64,000 nt of DNA from Candidatus Latescibacterota bacterium (GTDB lineage Bacteria; Latescibacterota; UBA2968; UBA8231), in NCBI GenBank assembly GCA_029941565.1, contig JAPYRN010000019.1:4228-68227 (forward strand), written 5' to 3'. Below the pieces are notes generated by a model. The model had not been told where the DNA came from. It did not search any database and saw nothing but the letters and a program-made list of their open reading frames with translations. Of this stretch, positions 9,251 to 18,495 are shown piece by piece (position 1 is the stretch's first letter; each line of letters opens with the position of its first letter). The position numbers and the translations under genes were made by a program.

Positions 9251-10509
9251 TGGCACCACTTACGACGTTGGCCGGCGTGCTACTGGCATGCCTGGGTACG
9301 CCACTGTTCGTCATCATCTGCGTCCTGGCCCTGGTCTCCTTTGCCAGCGACGGGGTCGACCTGACCATTCTTTTCATCGAGATGTATCGTCTCGCTGACA
9401 CACCGGCACTCACGGCGATCCCCCTGTTCGCATTCTCCGGGTTCCTCCTCGCCGAAAGTGGCGCCGCCCGACGTCTGGTGAGGATCTCGGAGGCTTTGTT
9501 GTGGTGGCTTCCAGGGGGGCTTGGCATCATGGCTCTGACCATCTGCGCCCTGCTGACAGCCTTTACGGGTGCCTCCGGTATGACGATCGTCGCTGTCGGT
9601 GGCCTGCTGCTGCCGGCGCTGTTGCAGGCTGGTTATCCGGAAGATTTTTCTCTGGGCCTGTTGACGACATCGGGCAGCCTTGGACTGCTGTTCCCACCCA
9701 GCATCCCGTTGATCGTCTACGGAATCGTCTCGGCAACACCGGTAGATCAGTTGTTCATTGCCGGCATCGCTCCAGGCGTGTTGCTGGTGGTGGCACTCTC
9801 GGCTTACACCTACATCGTCGGCGGCGGCACGAGTGCCCGAAAAGTACGCGAGCCGGACAACACCCCGATGCAGGCGCTCCGTGAGGGGATCTGGGAATTG
9901 CTGCTGCCCGCCGTGGTCATGACCGGGATCTACTCCGGCTTCATCGCCGTCAGCGAGGCGGCGGCATTGAGCGCGCTGTATGTGATCATCCTCGAGATGT
10001 TGGTTCATCGGGAGATCACGTTACGTCAACTCCCTGGCATCATCCGAGAGACCATGGTCCTCGTAGGCGGCATTCTCATGATACTCGCTGCTGCCATGGC
10101 GTATACCTCCTACTTGATCGACGCCGAAATCCCCGCCAGTCTGCTCGAGCTCATCCGTGGTCAGGTGGAGAGCCGGTTCGTTTTCCTCATCCTGCTGAAT
10201 CTGTTCCTGCTGGTCGTGGGCTGCATGATCGACATGTTCTCCGCTCTCGTCGTCGTGGTACCATTGATTCTCCCGATCGCGGCGGCATACGACATTCATC
10301 CCGTGCACCTTGGTATCATCTTTCTCGCCAACCTTGAGATCGGTTACTCGACACCACCGGTCGGCCTCAATCTGTTCATCGCCAGCGCCCGATTCGAACG
10401 TCCCCTGCTGAGTCTCTATCGCGCCTCTCTCCCCTTCCTCGCCATCCTTCTCGCCTGTCTTCTCATCATCACCTACGTTCCCGCTCTCAGCTTATTCGCC
10501 CTCGACTAG
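9250..10509 (+). CDS. dctM: TRAP transporter large permease, DctM family
   Basis: 419-aa polytopic protein with typical DctM length and motifs (ALTAIPLFAFSGFLLAESGAARRLV, FLANLEIGYSTPPVGLNLF). Confidence 0.9.
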   Translation: MAPLTTLAGVLLACLGTPLFVIICVLALVSFASDGVDLTILFIEMYRLADTPALTAIPLFAFSGFLLAESGAARRLVRISEALLWWLPGGLGIMALTICALLTAFTGASGMTIVAVGGLLLPALLQAGYPEDFSLGLLTTSGSLGLLFPPSIPLIVYGIVSATPVDQLFIAGIAPGVLLVVALSAYTYIVGGGTSARKVREPDNTPMQALREGIWELLLPAVVMTGIYSGFIAVSEAAALSALYVIILEMLVHREITLRQLPGIIRETMVLVGGILMILAAAMAYTSYLIDAEIPASLLELIRGQVESRFVFLILLNLFLLVVGCMIDMFSALVVVVPLILPIAAAYDIHPVHLGIIFLANLEIGYSTPPVGLNLFIASARFERPLLSLYRASLPFLAILLACLLIITYVPALSLFALD

Positions 10510-10532
10510 ACTACAGAGGAATCGAACCACAC

Positions 10533-11741
10533 TTGGCCAAAATCCAGGACATCCGCGTCATCCGTTCCCGCCCCGGCGGTAGTTGGGCCATCGTCAAAGT
10601 CATCACCGATCAGCCAGGTCTGTGGGGCATCGGATCGGCCAATGACGTGCACCATGCCGAGACGGTGACAACCGCCATCGAGCAAGTGATCGGCCCCCGC
10701 CTCATCGGCCGGGATGCGGCCCAGATCGAGGACATCTGGCAGTCCGTCTACACCGCCGCCTACTGGCGCAATGGCTCGATCCTGAATACCGCTCTGGGTG
10801 GCATCGACATGGCCCTCTGGGACATCAAGGGCAAGGAGGCGGGACTACCGCTGTATCAACTGCTCGGTGGTAAGTGCCGGGACGCAGTTCCCTGTTACGG
10901 ACACGCATCCGGCAAAAATCTGGAAGCCCTTGCAGAAGACGTGCAACGCTGGATGGAGCAGGGGTTTCCCGTGGTGCGCTGCCAGTTGGGCGCCTACGGT
11001 GGGGGTGGTTTTCTCGACGCCGATTCCGTATCGAGGCCCAAGAATGGGCGCCAGATGGAGAATGTCTTTGACGACGAGACATATCTGGAGAACGTCCCGC
11101 GAATGTTCACTTTCCTGCGCGAGCGCCTCGGTTTCGGCCCGAAGCTGACACACGACGTTCATGAGCACCTCAAGCCGCACAACGCCGTGACCCTGTCGAA
11201 GTTGCTGGAGCCACACCGGCTGTATTTCCTTGAGGATGTCCTGCCGCCGGAGCAGATCGACTGGTTCCGCCTGATCCGTGCCCAGTGTACGACGCCACAG
11301 GCGATGGGTGAATTGTTCGTCAACCCGCACGAATATGTGCCCCTGATCAGCGAACGACTCATCGACTACGTACGCGTGCGTGTATCGAAAGCAGGGGGCA
11401 TCACCCCCTGCCGAAAAATCGCTGCTCTGTGCGAATTCTACGGTGTGCAGACTGCATTTCAGGAGGGCGGTGACAACGATCCCGTGAACCAGGCTGCGGC
11501 GATGCACCTCGACCTCGCCTCGACGAGTTTCGGTATCCAGGAAGAGAACCAGTTCTCCGAAGTCGAACGAGATGCCTTTCCCGGTGCCGCTGTGCTTGCG
11601 GGTGGGCATCTGTATCCAAATGACAATCCCGGTCTCGGTGTCGATATCGACGAAGAGAAGGCGGCCAGTCTGTATCGTGACCGCGCACCCTCTGGTACGG
11701 CCCAAGACCGGCGGGCCGATGGCAGCGTCGTGCGTCCTTGA
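10533..11741 (+). CDS. Enolase-superfamily dehydratase, D-mannonate dehydratase (ManD/RspA)-like
   Basis: 402 aa with a TTG start. It has MAKIQDIRVIRSRPGGSWAIVKVITDQPGLWGIGSAN and WDIKGKEAGLPLYQLLGGKCRD, typical of the ManD subgroup of the mandelate racemase/muconate lactonizing enzyme family. Confidence 0.85.
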   Translation: MAKIQDIRVIRSRPGGSWAIVKVITDQPGLWGIGSANDVHHAETVTTAIEQVIGPRLIGRDAAQIEDIWQSVYTAAYWRNGSILNTALGGIDMALWDIKGKEAGLPLYQLLGGKCRDAVPCYGHASGKNLEALAEDVQRWMEQGFPVVRCQLGAYGGGGFLDADSVSRPKNGRQMENVFDDETYLENVPRMFTFLRERLGFGPKLTHDVHEHLKPHNAVTLSKLLEPHRLYFLEDVLPPEQIDWFRLIRAQCTTPQAMGELFVNPHEYVPLISERLIDYVRVRVSKAGGITPCRKIAALCEFYGVQTAFQEGGDNDPVNQAAAMHLDLASTSFGIQEENQFSEVERDAFPGAAVLAGGHLYPNDNPGLGVDIDEEKAASLYRDRAPSGTAQDRRADGSVVRP

Positions 11742-12714
11742 TTGGATCCCGATGCATCCTCACGCTGGTGCTGTTGGCCTTCGCCCTTATCGCACCCGTA
11801 CAGCTCGCAGCGCAGAAAGACGGCTTCGCCGCATGGCTGCAGGCCTTGCGCCAGGACGCCCTCAAGAAGGGGATTTCGACTCAGACTCTGGACGTCGCTC
11901 TTGCCGACGCCGCCCCGATCGAGCGGGTACTACAGTTACAGGAGAGACAGCCTGAGTCGAGACTCTCCTGGGCCGAATACGGCAAGCGGGTCGTCTCCCA
12001 GGATCGTATCCTGCGCGGGCGACGTCAGATGGAACAACAGCGGGAACTGCTGCACGCCATCGCCGAGAAATATGGCGTGCAGCCACGGTTTCTCGTGGCA
12101 CTATGGGGTGTCGAAAGTGATTTCGGTCATCACACCGGAGATACACCGGCAGTCTCGGCGCTGGCGACGCTGGGTTGGGCTGGACGTCGCGGCACCTATT
12201 TTCGCAGTGAGCTGCTCGAACTGCTCACCGCAGTCGAGTCGGGATACGCACAACCGGTCGGGCTTTACAGTTCCTGGGCTGGAGCCCTCGGTCAGTGTCA
12301 ATTCATGCCATCCAACTTCAAGCGCTTTGCCGTGGACTACGATGGCGACGGGGTACGTGACATCTGGACCTCGACGGGTGACGTCCTGGCGTCGATGGCC
12401 CGCTTCCTGTCGCATCTGGCTGGAATCCAGACCAGACTTGGGGTCGTGCCGTGTTGCTGCCCACCGGCTTCGATACTCGACTGGCGGGTCGGGATACGAA
12501 GATGCGACTCGCCAAGTGGGATGAACTGGGAATCCGCCGACTCAATGGCGGGAAGCTGCCGCGACGCGACGACCTGTGGGCGACTCTGGTGTTGCCTGAC
12601 GGACCGAGGGGGGATGCATTCCTCGTCTATGACGACTTCTTCACCCTCATGCGTTGGAATCGCTCCTACCACTTCGCCCTCTCAGTGGGCACACTCTCCG
12701 ACCACTTTCGCTAA
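11738..12714 (+). pseudogene. mltB: Lytic murein transglycosylase B, apparent 1-nt frameshift near 12418-12420
   Basis: The N-terminal frame (ORF 11738..) has a signal peptide plus WGVESDFG and GALGQCQFMPSNF motifs, up to ASMARFLSHLAG. The MltB C-terminus continues in another frame: (G)WNPDQTWGRAVLLPTGFD...GDAFLVYDDFFTLMRWNRSYHFALSVGTLSDHFR, stopping at 12714. After the junction the N-terminal frame gives Cys/Pro/Ser-rich nonsense. Confidence 0.75.
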
Positions 12715-12720
12715 GCCGAA

Positions 12721-14130
12721 GTGACTGCCAGCACCGCCAACCTCAACGGGCAAGCCGGTTGGATCGTCGTCGCCCTCGGCTGCTTGGGGCTCGGTTGGTG
12801 GGGGCCTGTGCCGGGACTATCCGACGGGGAGCAACTCGCCCTCGGTGTCACCCTCTTCGCCCTGATCCTGTGGACGACTCAGGCCGTCTCGGTGGAGTCT
12901 TCCTCCTTCACCATTCTGCTGCTGCTGCCGCTCACCGGACTGCTTTCCTTCGCTGACACCTTTGCCCCCTTTGCCGAGCCAACGATCTGGCTCATCTTCG
13001 CCGGTATGGTCCTCAGCCTCTTGCTCACGGAAACGGGTCTGGAACTACGACTGGCCCACACCGCCCTACCATGGCTCGCCGGCGGCAGCAGGCTGCGATT
13101 GCTGGCAGGGCTGCACCTGCTGGGTCTGGCGACGGCTTTCCTGGTGCCTTCAGGCCTGGTTCGTGTGCTGCTGCTGATGCCGGTGGGGATCGCTCTGTGC
13201 CAAGCGCTCGACCCCGACCGGCGCGATCCTGTGCTGCCCGTCGCAGTCTCCCTCTCCATCGTCTGCGGCACATACTACGGTGGCTGTGCGGTCCTCACCG
13301 GCGCCGTGCCGAATCTCGTGGTGGCAGGGCAACTGGAGGGCGAAACCGGGCAGATCGTGTACTGGGGAGAATGGATTCTATGGATGTTCCCCGTCGTCGG
13401 GCTGCTGCGCACGGCGATGTCCATTGTCGTGATCTGGAGTATCTGGGGTCGTCGATTACAGCTCTTGCGACAGCCTCCAAAGACCGATTCCGTGGACCCG
13501 GAGAGTGGCCTGTCAGCAGACCAGCGCAACACGTTGCTCTTGCTACTGCTCGGCATCGGTCTGTGGGCGACGGACGTACTGCATGGCCAGGCACCTGTGT
13601 CAGTCGGCCTCGGGCTTGTCTTCTTTGCGATTCTGCCCCGCTGGGGACCGCTACCCGTTCGGCGCCTTCGTCACGTCAACTTCCCATTCTTTTTCTACAT
13701 CGCCGCCCTCTTTGGCATCGGTGCAATTCTCGATATCACAGGATTCAATTCCCGCATGGTGCAAGCCGTCATCAGTGCTCTGCCCGCAGCCGACGGTGAC
13801 TGGTTCGCACAACACATGAGACTGACATTGGCGACCCTTCCCCTCGACTTTCTCATGGATATCGCCGCCGTCGCCGCCGTCGCCACACCGAGTCTGTTGG
13901 TGGTGGGCACCGACGCGGGATTGACCCCTCTAGCTTCGGCCATGAGTGTCGCCATGGCGACAACCGTCGCATTCCTGCCATACCAGGCGGCGCCCTTCAT
14001 GGTCGCTCTCGGCTTCGGTACCGTGCGAGCCCGCGATCTGTCATTCGCCATGTTGCTGATCTCGACGCTATCCATCCTGATTCTGTGCCCGCTCAACATT
14101 CTCTATTGGCGCGCATTGGGGCTCATCTGA
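12721..14130 (+). CDS. Ion-transporter-superfamily permease (SLC13/DASS or ArsB/NhaD-like anion permease)
   Basis: 469-aa polytopic protein with a GTG start. The two-halves architecture and segments such as EPTIWLIFAGMVLSLLLTETGL resemble the citrate/arsenite/DASS permease superfamily. The subfamily is not resolved. Confidence 0.7.
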   Translation: MTASTANLNGQAGWIVVALGCLGLGWWGPVPGLSDGEQLALGVTLFALILWTTQAVSVESSSFTILLLLPLTGLLSFADTFAPFAEPTIWLIFAGMVLSLLLTETGLELRLAHTALPWLAGGSRLRLLAGLHLLGLATAFLVPSGLVRVLLLMPVGIALCQALDPDRRDPVLPVAVSLSIVCGTYYGGCAVLTGAVPNLVVAGQLEGETGQIVYWGEWILWMFPVVGLLRTAMSIVVIWSIWGRRLQLLRQPPKTDSVDPESGLSADQRNTLLLLLLGIGLWATDVLHGQAPVSVGLGLVFFAILPRWGPLPVRRLRHVNFPFFFYIAALFGIGAILDITGFNSRMVQAVISALPAADGDWFAQHMRLTLATLPLDFLMDIAAVAAVATPSLLVVGTDAGLTPLASAMSVAMATTVAFLPYQAAPFMVALGFGTVRARDLSFAMLLISTLSILILCPLNILYWRALGLI

Positions 14131-14313
14131 CAATCGATCACCCAGATCCACATTCTGCGTGGAATTGTTCGACGCACCGACTCCGCATTCAGCAGTGAGC
14201 CGTACCCAAGTACTGACGAATCGGTAACGAGCCGCTGTTGCCTAGAACCCATGAGAGTGCGAGTGTAGGAGCGTCGCCAATGATCTTCCACCCGAGCCAA
14301 CCCAGGAGCCCTC

Positions 14314-15057
14314 TTGTCCCCTCCCAACAGTTGGCCTGACGGTTGCAAGGCCGCCGTGAGTCTCACCTTCGATGACGGTGCCCGCAGTCAGTTGCAGGAA
14401 GCCGTGCCCCGTCTCGACGACGCGGGACTGGCTGGCACGTTCTATCTCAATCCATACCGGGGAGAGTGGGAGACGGTCGCTGACCAATGGCGTCAGGTCG
14501 GTCTCAACGGCCATGAATTGGGTAACCACACGACCCGGCATCCGTGCTCCTGCAATTACCACTTTAATGATGCGTTCTGCCTTGAGAAGATCAGCCTGCA
14601 GGAAATGGCGGATACCATCGATGCGGCGCAAGTCGCACTCGACCAACTGCACCCGGAGGGGCGGGACAAACGGTCTTTCTGCTATCCCTGCTACCAGAGT
14701 TTCGTTGGCGCCGGCGCCAACCGTCAGTCGTATGTGCCCGTCGTCGCCGAGCGTTTCCGTGCCGCCCGCGCGGGCGGGGAACGGCCCAATGACCCGAGCA
14801 TCACCGATCTGCATTGCCTCATGAGTTATGCCGCCGAGGGCGCTGACGCCGACGATCTCATCGGCTACGCTCAGACCGCCGCGCAAGACGGCGCCTGGGC
14901 GATCTACACCTTCCATGGTGTTGGCGGTGACCATCTCTCAGTGCAGGCGGAAGCCTTCAGTGATCTGACCCGCTATCTGGTCGACCAGCGGCACAGATTT
15001 TGGACTGCTTCCATTATCGACGTTGCAGATCATGTCCACGCGCGTCGAAATGCCTGA
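14314..15057 (+). CDS. Polysaccharide deacetylase (NodB homology / CE4) family protein
   Basis: 247 aa. It has WPDGCKAAVSLTFDDGARSQ (the TFDDG motif) and NGHELGNHTTRH (the HxxxxH-type second motif). Confidence 0.8.
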   Translation: MSPPNSWPDGCKAAVSLTFDDGARSQLQEAVPRLDDAGLAGTFYLNPYRGEWETVADQWRQVGLNGHELGNHTTRHPCSCNYHFNDAFCLEKISLQEMADTIDAAQVALDQLHPEGRDKRSFCYPCYQSFVGAGANRQSYVPVVAERFRAARAGGERPNDPSITDLHCLMSYAAEGADADDLIGYAQTAAQDGAWAIYTFHGVGGDHLSVQAEAFSDLTRYLVDQRHRFWTASIIDVADHVHARRNA

Positions 15058-15169
15058 CGATCCGTGGCGGATGCCGAGTGGAATCCTTATGCTATGAACA
15101 CACCCGGACAACCGGGTTCGCAAACCGCCCAAGCGCGCGTGCGCGCCACACCCTGACGCCGACAGACTT

Positions 15170-16603
15170 TTGAGCCAAACGCCGGACTCGAGCCCCAATG
15201 TCCTGGCCAGCCGTTACGCCAGTCCCCTCATACGGCAGGTGTGGTCGGAAGAGGGCAGGATCCGCCTGGAACGGCGCCTCTGGGTGGCTGTCCTCAAGGC
15301 GCAGCGGGATCTGGGTATCGAGGTTCCCGCCGCCGCCATCGAAGCCTACGAGAGCCACCTCGACGATGTCGATCTCGCTTCGATCGCAGAGCGCGAGGCC
15401 CGCACGCGGCACGACGTAAAGGCCCGTATCGAAGAGTTCTGTGACCTCGCCGGATACGAGCATGTCCACAAGGGCATGACGAGTCGTGACCTGACGGACA
15501 ACGTCGAGCAGTATCAGATCCTGACATCCATGCGGGCCCTCGCACCCAAGTACGTCCACCTCATCGATCGATTACGCCAGCGTGCCGTCGAATGGCGTGA
15601 CCTCGTCATCGTCGCCCGTACCCACCATGCCGCGGCGCAACCCACGACGATGGGCAAACGTCTGGCCATGTATGGCCAGGAGATGATCGTCGCCTTGCGT
15701 CGTCTCGAAAGCCTCATCGCCACCTATCCCCTCCGCGGCCTGCAGGGCGCCGTCGGCACGGGCCTCGACCAACTCACCCTGTTCGAAGGTGACGAGGACA
15801 AGGTGAACGAACTGCAGCAACGGTTCATGCAACACCTCGGCTTTGAGCATCCTTTAGGGGCTGTGGGCCAGGTCTATCCGCGAAGCCTCGACTTCGACGT
15901 CATCACCTGCCTCTTCCAACTGGGGGGTGGTGTCGCCAACCTGGCGCGCACGATCCGTCTGATGGCGGGCGCCGAGACGGCGACGGAAGGTTTCGCCCGC
16001 GGTCAGGTCGGGTCATCGGCGATGCCGCACAAGATGAACACACGCAGTACCGAACGCATCAATGGTCTACAGGTCATTCTCGGCGGCTACGCACATATGG
16101 CGGGGGGCCTCGTTGGTGACCAGTGGTTTGAGGGTGATGTCTCCTGTTCCGTCGTTCGCCGGGTCGCTTTGCCTGACAGCTTTTTTGCCTTCGATGGTCT
16201 GTTGGAAACAGCGCTGCATGTGATCGACGACATGGGCGTCTATGAAGAGATCCTGGCACGCGAACTTGAGCGCTACCTCCCCTTCCTGGCGACAACAACA
16301 CTGCTCATGGAAGGCGTGCGTCGAGGGGGTGGACGCGAGCAGGTGCACGAGGCGATCAAGGAACACGCCATCGCAGCAGCGCTGGCGATGCGGGAGGAGG
16401 CTGCTGACAACGACCTCGCCCAGCGTCTCGGGACGGACGACCGCATGCCACTGCAGACGGCACAAGTCATGGAAGTGTTGTCCCGCAGCGCCGACTTAAT
16501 CGGTCTGGCGGGCCCTCAGGTCGATGCATTTTCCCGCCAGGTCGATGACCTGGTGGAGCGATACCCCGAAGCCAGCACCGTCGTTAAGAGCCGCCTCCTC
16601 TGA
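15170..16603 (+). CDS. purB: Adenylosuccinate lyase
   Basis: 477 aa, a fumarate-lyase-superfamily protein with a PurB-type N-terminus (LASRYASPLIRQVWSEE) and the GSSAMPHKMNTR signature loop. Confidence 0.9.
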   Translation: MSQTPDSSPNVLASRYASPLIRQVWSEEGRIRLERRLWVAVLKAQRDLGIEVPAAAIEAYESHLDDVDLASIAEREARTRHDVKARIEEFCDLAGYEHVHKGMTSRDLTDNVEQYQILTSMRALAPKYVHLIDRLRQRAVEWRDLVIVARTHHAAAQPTTMGKRLAMYGQEMIVALRRLESLIATYPLRGLQGAVGTGLDQLTLFEGDEDKVNELQQRFMQHLGFEHPLGAVGQVYPRSLDFDVITCLFQLGGGVANLARTIRLMAGAETATEGFARGQVGSSAMPHKMNTRSTERINGLQVILGGYAHMAGGLVGDQWFEGDVSCSVVRRVALPDSFFAFDGLLETALHVIDDMGVYEEILARELERYLPFLATTTLLMEGVRRGGGREQVHEAIKEHAIAAALAMREEAADNDLAQRLGTDDRMPLQTAQVMEVLSRSADLIGLAGPQVDAFSRQVDDLVERYPEASTVVKSRLL

Positions 16604-16616
16604 GGCGGCTTTTTTT
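16590..16616 (+). terminator. Rho-independent terminator after purB
   Basis: A perfect 8-bp GC-rich stem, gccgcctc (16590-16597) pairing with gaggcggc (16602-16609). It has a 4-nt loop and is followed by T7 (16610-16616). The purB stop codon spans the loop and the start of the 3' stem arm. Confidence 0.7.
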
Positions 16617-16649
16617 AGTTTTTTGCGTGCCCAGGAAGGTTTAAAGCCG

Positions 16650-17393
16650 ATGCGTTACCAACGAGTCACCCTCAAGCTGAGTGGCGAAGCCGTCTCGGGA
16701 AATGATGACTTCGGGTTTGACCCGGATGCACTCGAGCACATCGCTGGCGAAATTCTCGGGCTACATGCTCAGGGCGTACAGGTGTCCGTTGTTATCGGCG
16801 GCGGCAACATCTTTCGCGGCGGTGTGTCCTCACAATGGGGGATCGAAAGGGCCGAGGCGGACAACATCGGCATGATGGGCACCGTGGTAAACAGCCTGCT
16901 GCTTCGCGGTGTGCTTACCGCAAAGTCCGACGGTCAGGTTGAGGTGCGGGTGATGACGTCCATCGAGATCAATACCGTCGCCGAGCCCTTCATCCGCCTG
17001 CGTGCCATTCATCACCTGGAACAGGGTTATATCGTCATCTTCGCCGGCGGTACCGGGCAGCCATACGTGACCACCGACTACACCGCTGCCCAACGCTCCC
17101 TCGAGATCCGGGCAGAGGCGATCCTATTCGCCAAGAACAAGGCGCGAGGCATCTTCACCTCCGATCCACGTACCGATGCATCAGCGCGAATGTACGAGCG
17201 CATGCACTACAGTACGATCCTGACCAACAATCTCACCGTCATCGACCAGACGGCGATCATTCTCGCCCGCGATCACGGCCTGCCCATTCACGTCTTCGAC
17301 TTTGATGAGACGGGCACCAGCCAGCAGATATGCGCCGGGCAGGATACGGGAACGCTGGTGGCGGATGTCAACGAGGACGTGCTCGAAGCCTGA
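16650..17393 (+). CDS. pyrH: UMP kinase
   Basis: ORF 16524..17393. The realistic start is ATG 16650, after the purB terminator: MRYQRVTLKLSGEAVSG...VVIGGGNIFRG, which is canonical PyrH. Confidence 0.9.
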   Translation: MRYQRVTLKLSGEAVSGNDDFGFDPDALEHIAGEILGLHAQGVQVSVVIGGGNIFRGGVSSQWGIERAEADNIGMMGTVVNSLLLRGVLTAKSDGQVEVRVMTSIEINTVAEPFIRLRAIHHLEQGYIVIFAGGTGQPYVTTDYTAAQRSLEIRAEAILFAKNKARGIFTSDPRTDASARMYERMHYSTILTNNLTVIDQTAIILARDHGLPIHVFDFDETGTSQQICAGQDTGTLVADVNEDVLEA

Positions 17394-17409
17394 CGACGAA
17401 AAAGCTCGC

Positions 17410-17437
17410 TTGACCTTTCCCGAAGCTCACGTAATTT
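17410..17437 (+). promoter_or_regulatory. Candidate sigma70-type promoter upstream of cysC
   Basis: TTGACC (17410-17415), a 16-nt spacer, then TAATTT (17432-17437). It lies about 60 nt upstream of the cysC TTG start, which itself is preceded by AGGAG (17483-17487). This is a pattern match only. Confidence 0.3.
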
Positions 17438-17495
17438 CCTGTATTCACTGAAATTTCGCACGATTTCTCCAGATCCATGGACAGGAGCCAGGCGC

Positions 17496-18107
17496 TTGGC
17501 GCAGAAAGCGGATCACATCCGCTGGCACGAGGGCAACGTCGATCGCCCGCGCCGGGAGGCCCTGCTCGCCCAGCAGGGCGTCGTCCTCTGGTTCACAGGG
17601 CTTTCTGGCTCGGGCAAGAGCACGATCGCCTTCGCCGTAGAACATGCCCTCACGGAGCGTGGGCGCCTCGCCTACGTTCTCGATGGTGACAACATCCGTC
17701 ACGGTCTCAACAACAACCTCGGTTTCTCTGCCACAGATCGCACGGAGAATATTCGGCGCATCGGCGAGGTCAGCAGGTTGTTCGCCGATGCCGGCCTCAT
17801 CACGCTCGCCAGTTTCGTCAGCCCCTACAGGTCAGATCGAGACAAGGTCCGAACCCTTCTTGATGAGGACGACTTTGTTGAAATTTTCGTCAACACACCG
17901 TTGGCATTGTGTGAGCAGCGTGATCCCAAAGGTCTGTACAAGAAAGCCAGGTCCGGAGAAATTCCAAACTTCACCGGCATTTCCGATCCATATGAACCCC
18001 CCACCACCCCGGAGCTCGAGATCCGCACCGCCGAGCTTACTGTGGAAGCGGCAGCGAGCCTGGTACTCGACCTGCTCGAACAACGTGGAAAGATCGCGAC
18101 AGCATGA
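17496..18107 (+). CDS. cysC: Adenylylsulfate (APS) kinase
   Basis: 203 aa. It has VVLWFTGLSGSGKSTIAFAVEHAL (P-loop) and FVSPYRSDRD, typical of CysC. TTG start with an AGGAG 8 nt upstream. Confidence 0.9.
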   Translation: MAQKADHIRWHEGNVDRPRREALLAQQGVVLWFTGLSGSGKSTIAFAVEHALTERGRLAYVLDGDNIRHGLNNNLGFSATDRTENIRRIGEVSRLFADAGLITLASFVSPYRSDRDKVRTLLDEDDFVEIFVNTPLALCEQRDPKGLYKKARSGEIPNFTGISDPYEPPTTPELEIRTAELTVEAAASLVLDLLEQRGKIATA

Positions 18108-18487
18108 ACTTTGTCGATGAACTGATCTTCGGCAGTGACGGTCTGCTCCCGGTGGCCGTCACCGATCATGACACGGACCGTCTACTCGTGCTCTGCTTCC
18201 TCAACCGGGAAGCCCTCGTAAAGACCGTCGAAGAGGGCATCGTCCACGTCTTCCGACGCTCAAAGGGAATTATCGTCGCCAAGGGCACAGACTCGGGGCA
18301 CGTACAGCGGCTGCGCGAGATCCGCGTCAATTGCGACAAGAACTCTCTCGAGATCCGCGTCAAGCAGGAGATCGCCGCCTGCGCCCACGGCTACTACTCA
18401 TGTTACTACCGACGCTGGAACGAAGCAGAGGAGAACTGGGATGTGATCGACGAAAGAATCTTTGATCCAGAAGAGGTGTACAGCTGA
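18104..18487 (+). CDS. hisI: Phosphoribosyl-AMP cyclohydrolase (monofunctional)
   Basis: 127 aa. It has LLPVAVTDHDTDRLLVLCFLNREAL and CAHGYYSCYYR, HisI-like metal-binding Cys residues. The start overlaps the cysC stop (ATGA). Confidence 0.8.
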   Translation: MNFVDELIFGSDGLLPVAVTDHDTDRLLVLCFLNREALVKTVEEGIVHVFRRSKGIIVAKGTDSGHVQRLREIRVNCDKNSLEIRVKQEIAACAHGYYSCYYRRWNEAEENWDVIDERIFDPEEVYS

Positions 18488-18495
18488 AGTCGTTC

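Noticed and set aside
10845-11705. 286-aa minus-strand ORF
   Set aside because: It is antisense to the ManD-like dehydratase gene. It has no motifs and an improbable composition.
11742-12524. 260-aa ORF in the third frame across mltB
   Set aside because: It has a Ser/Arg/Pro/Trp-rich composition. The MltB motifs lie in the other two frames.
16524-16649. N-terminal extensions of track ORFs (pyrH here; likewise 54253 for hemE, 30037 for AKR, 7524 for dctP, 35002 for RidA, 35152 for MFS, 37636 for ftsH, 49413 for mocA, 62720 for uvrA-like, 29066 for gene A, 26806 for gene B)
   Set aside because: The extensions overlap upstream genes or terminators and add non-native sequence. Internal starts reproduce the canonical family N-termini or have a better Shine-Dalgarno context.
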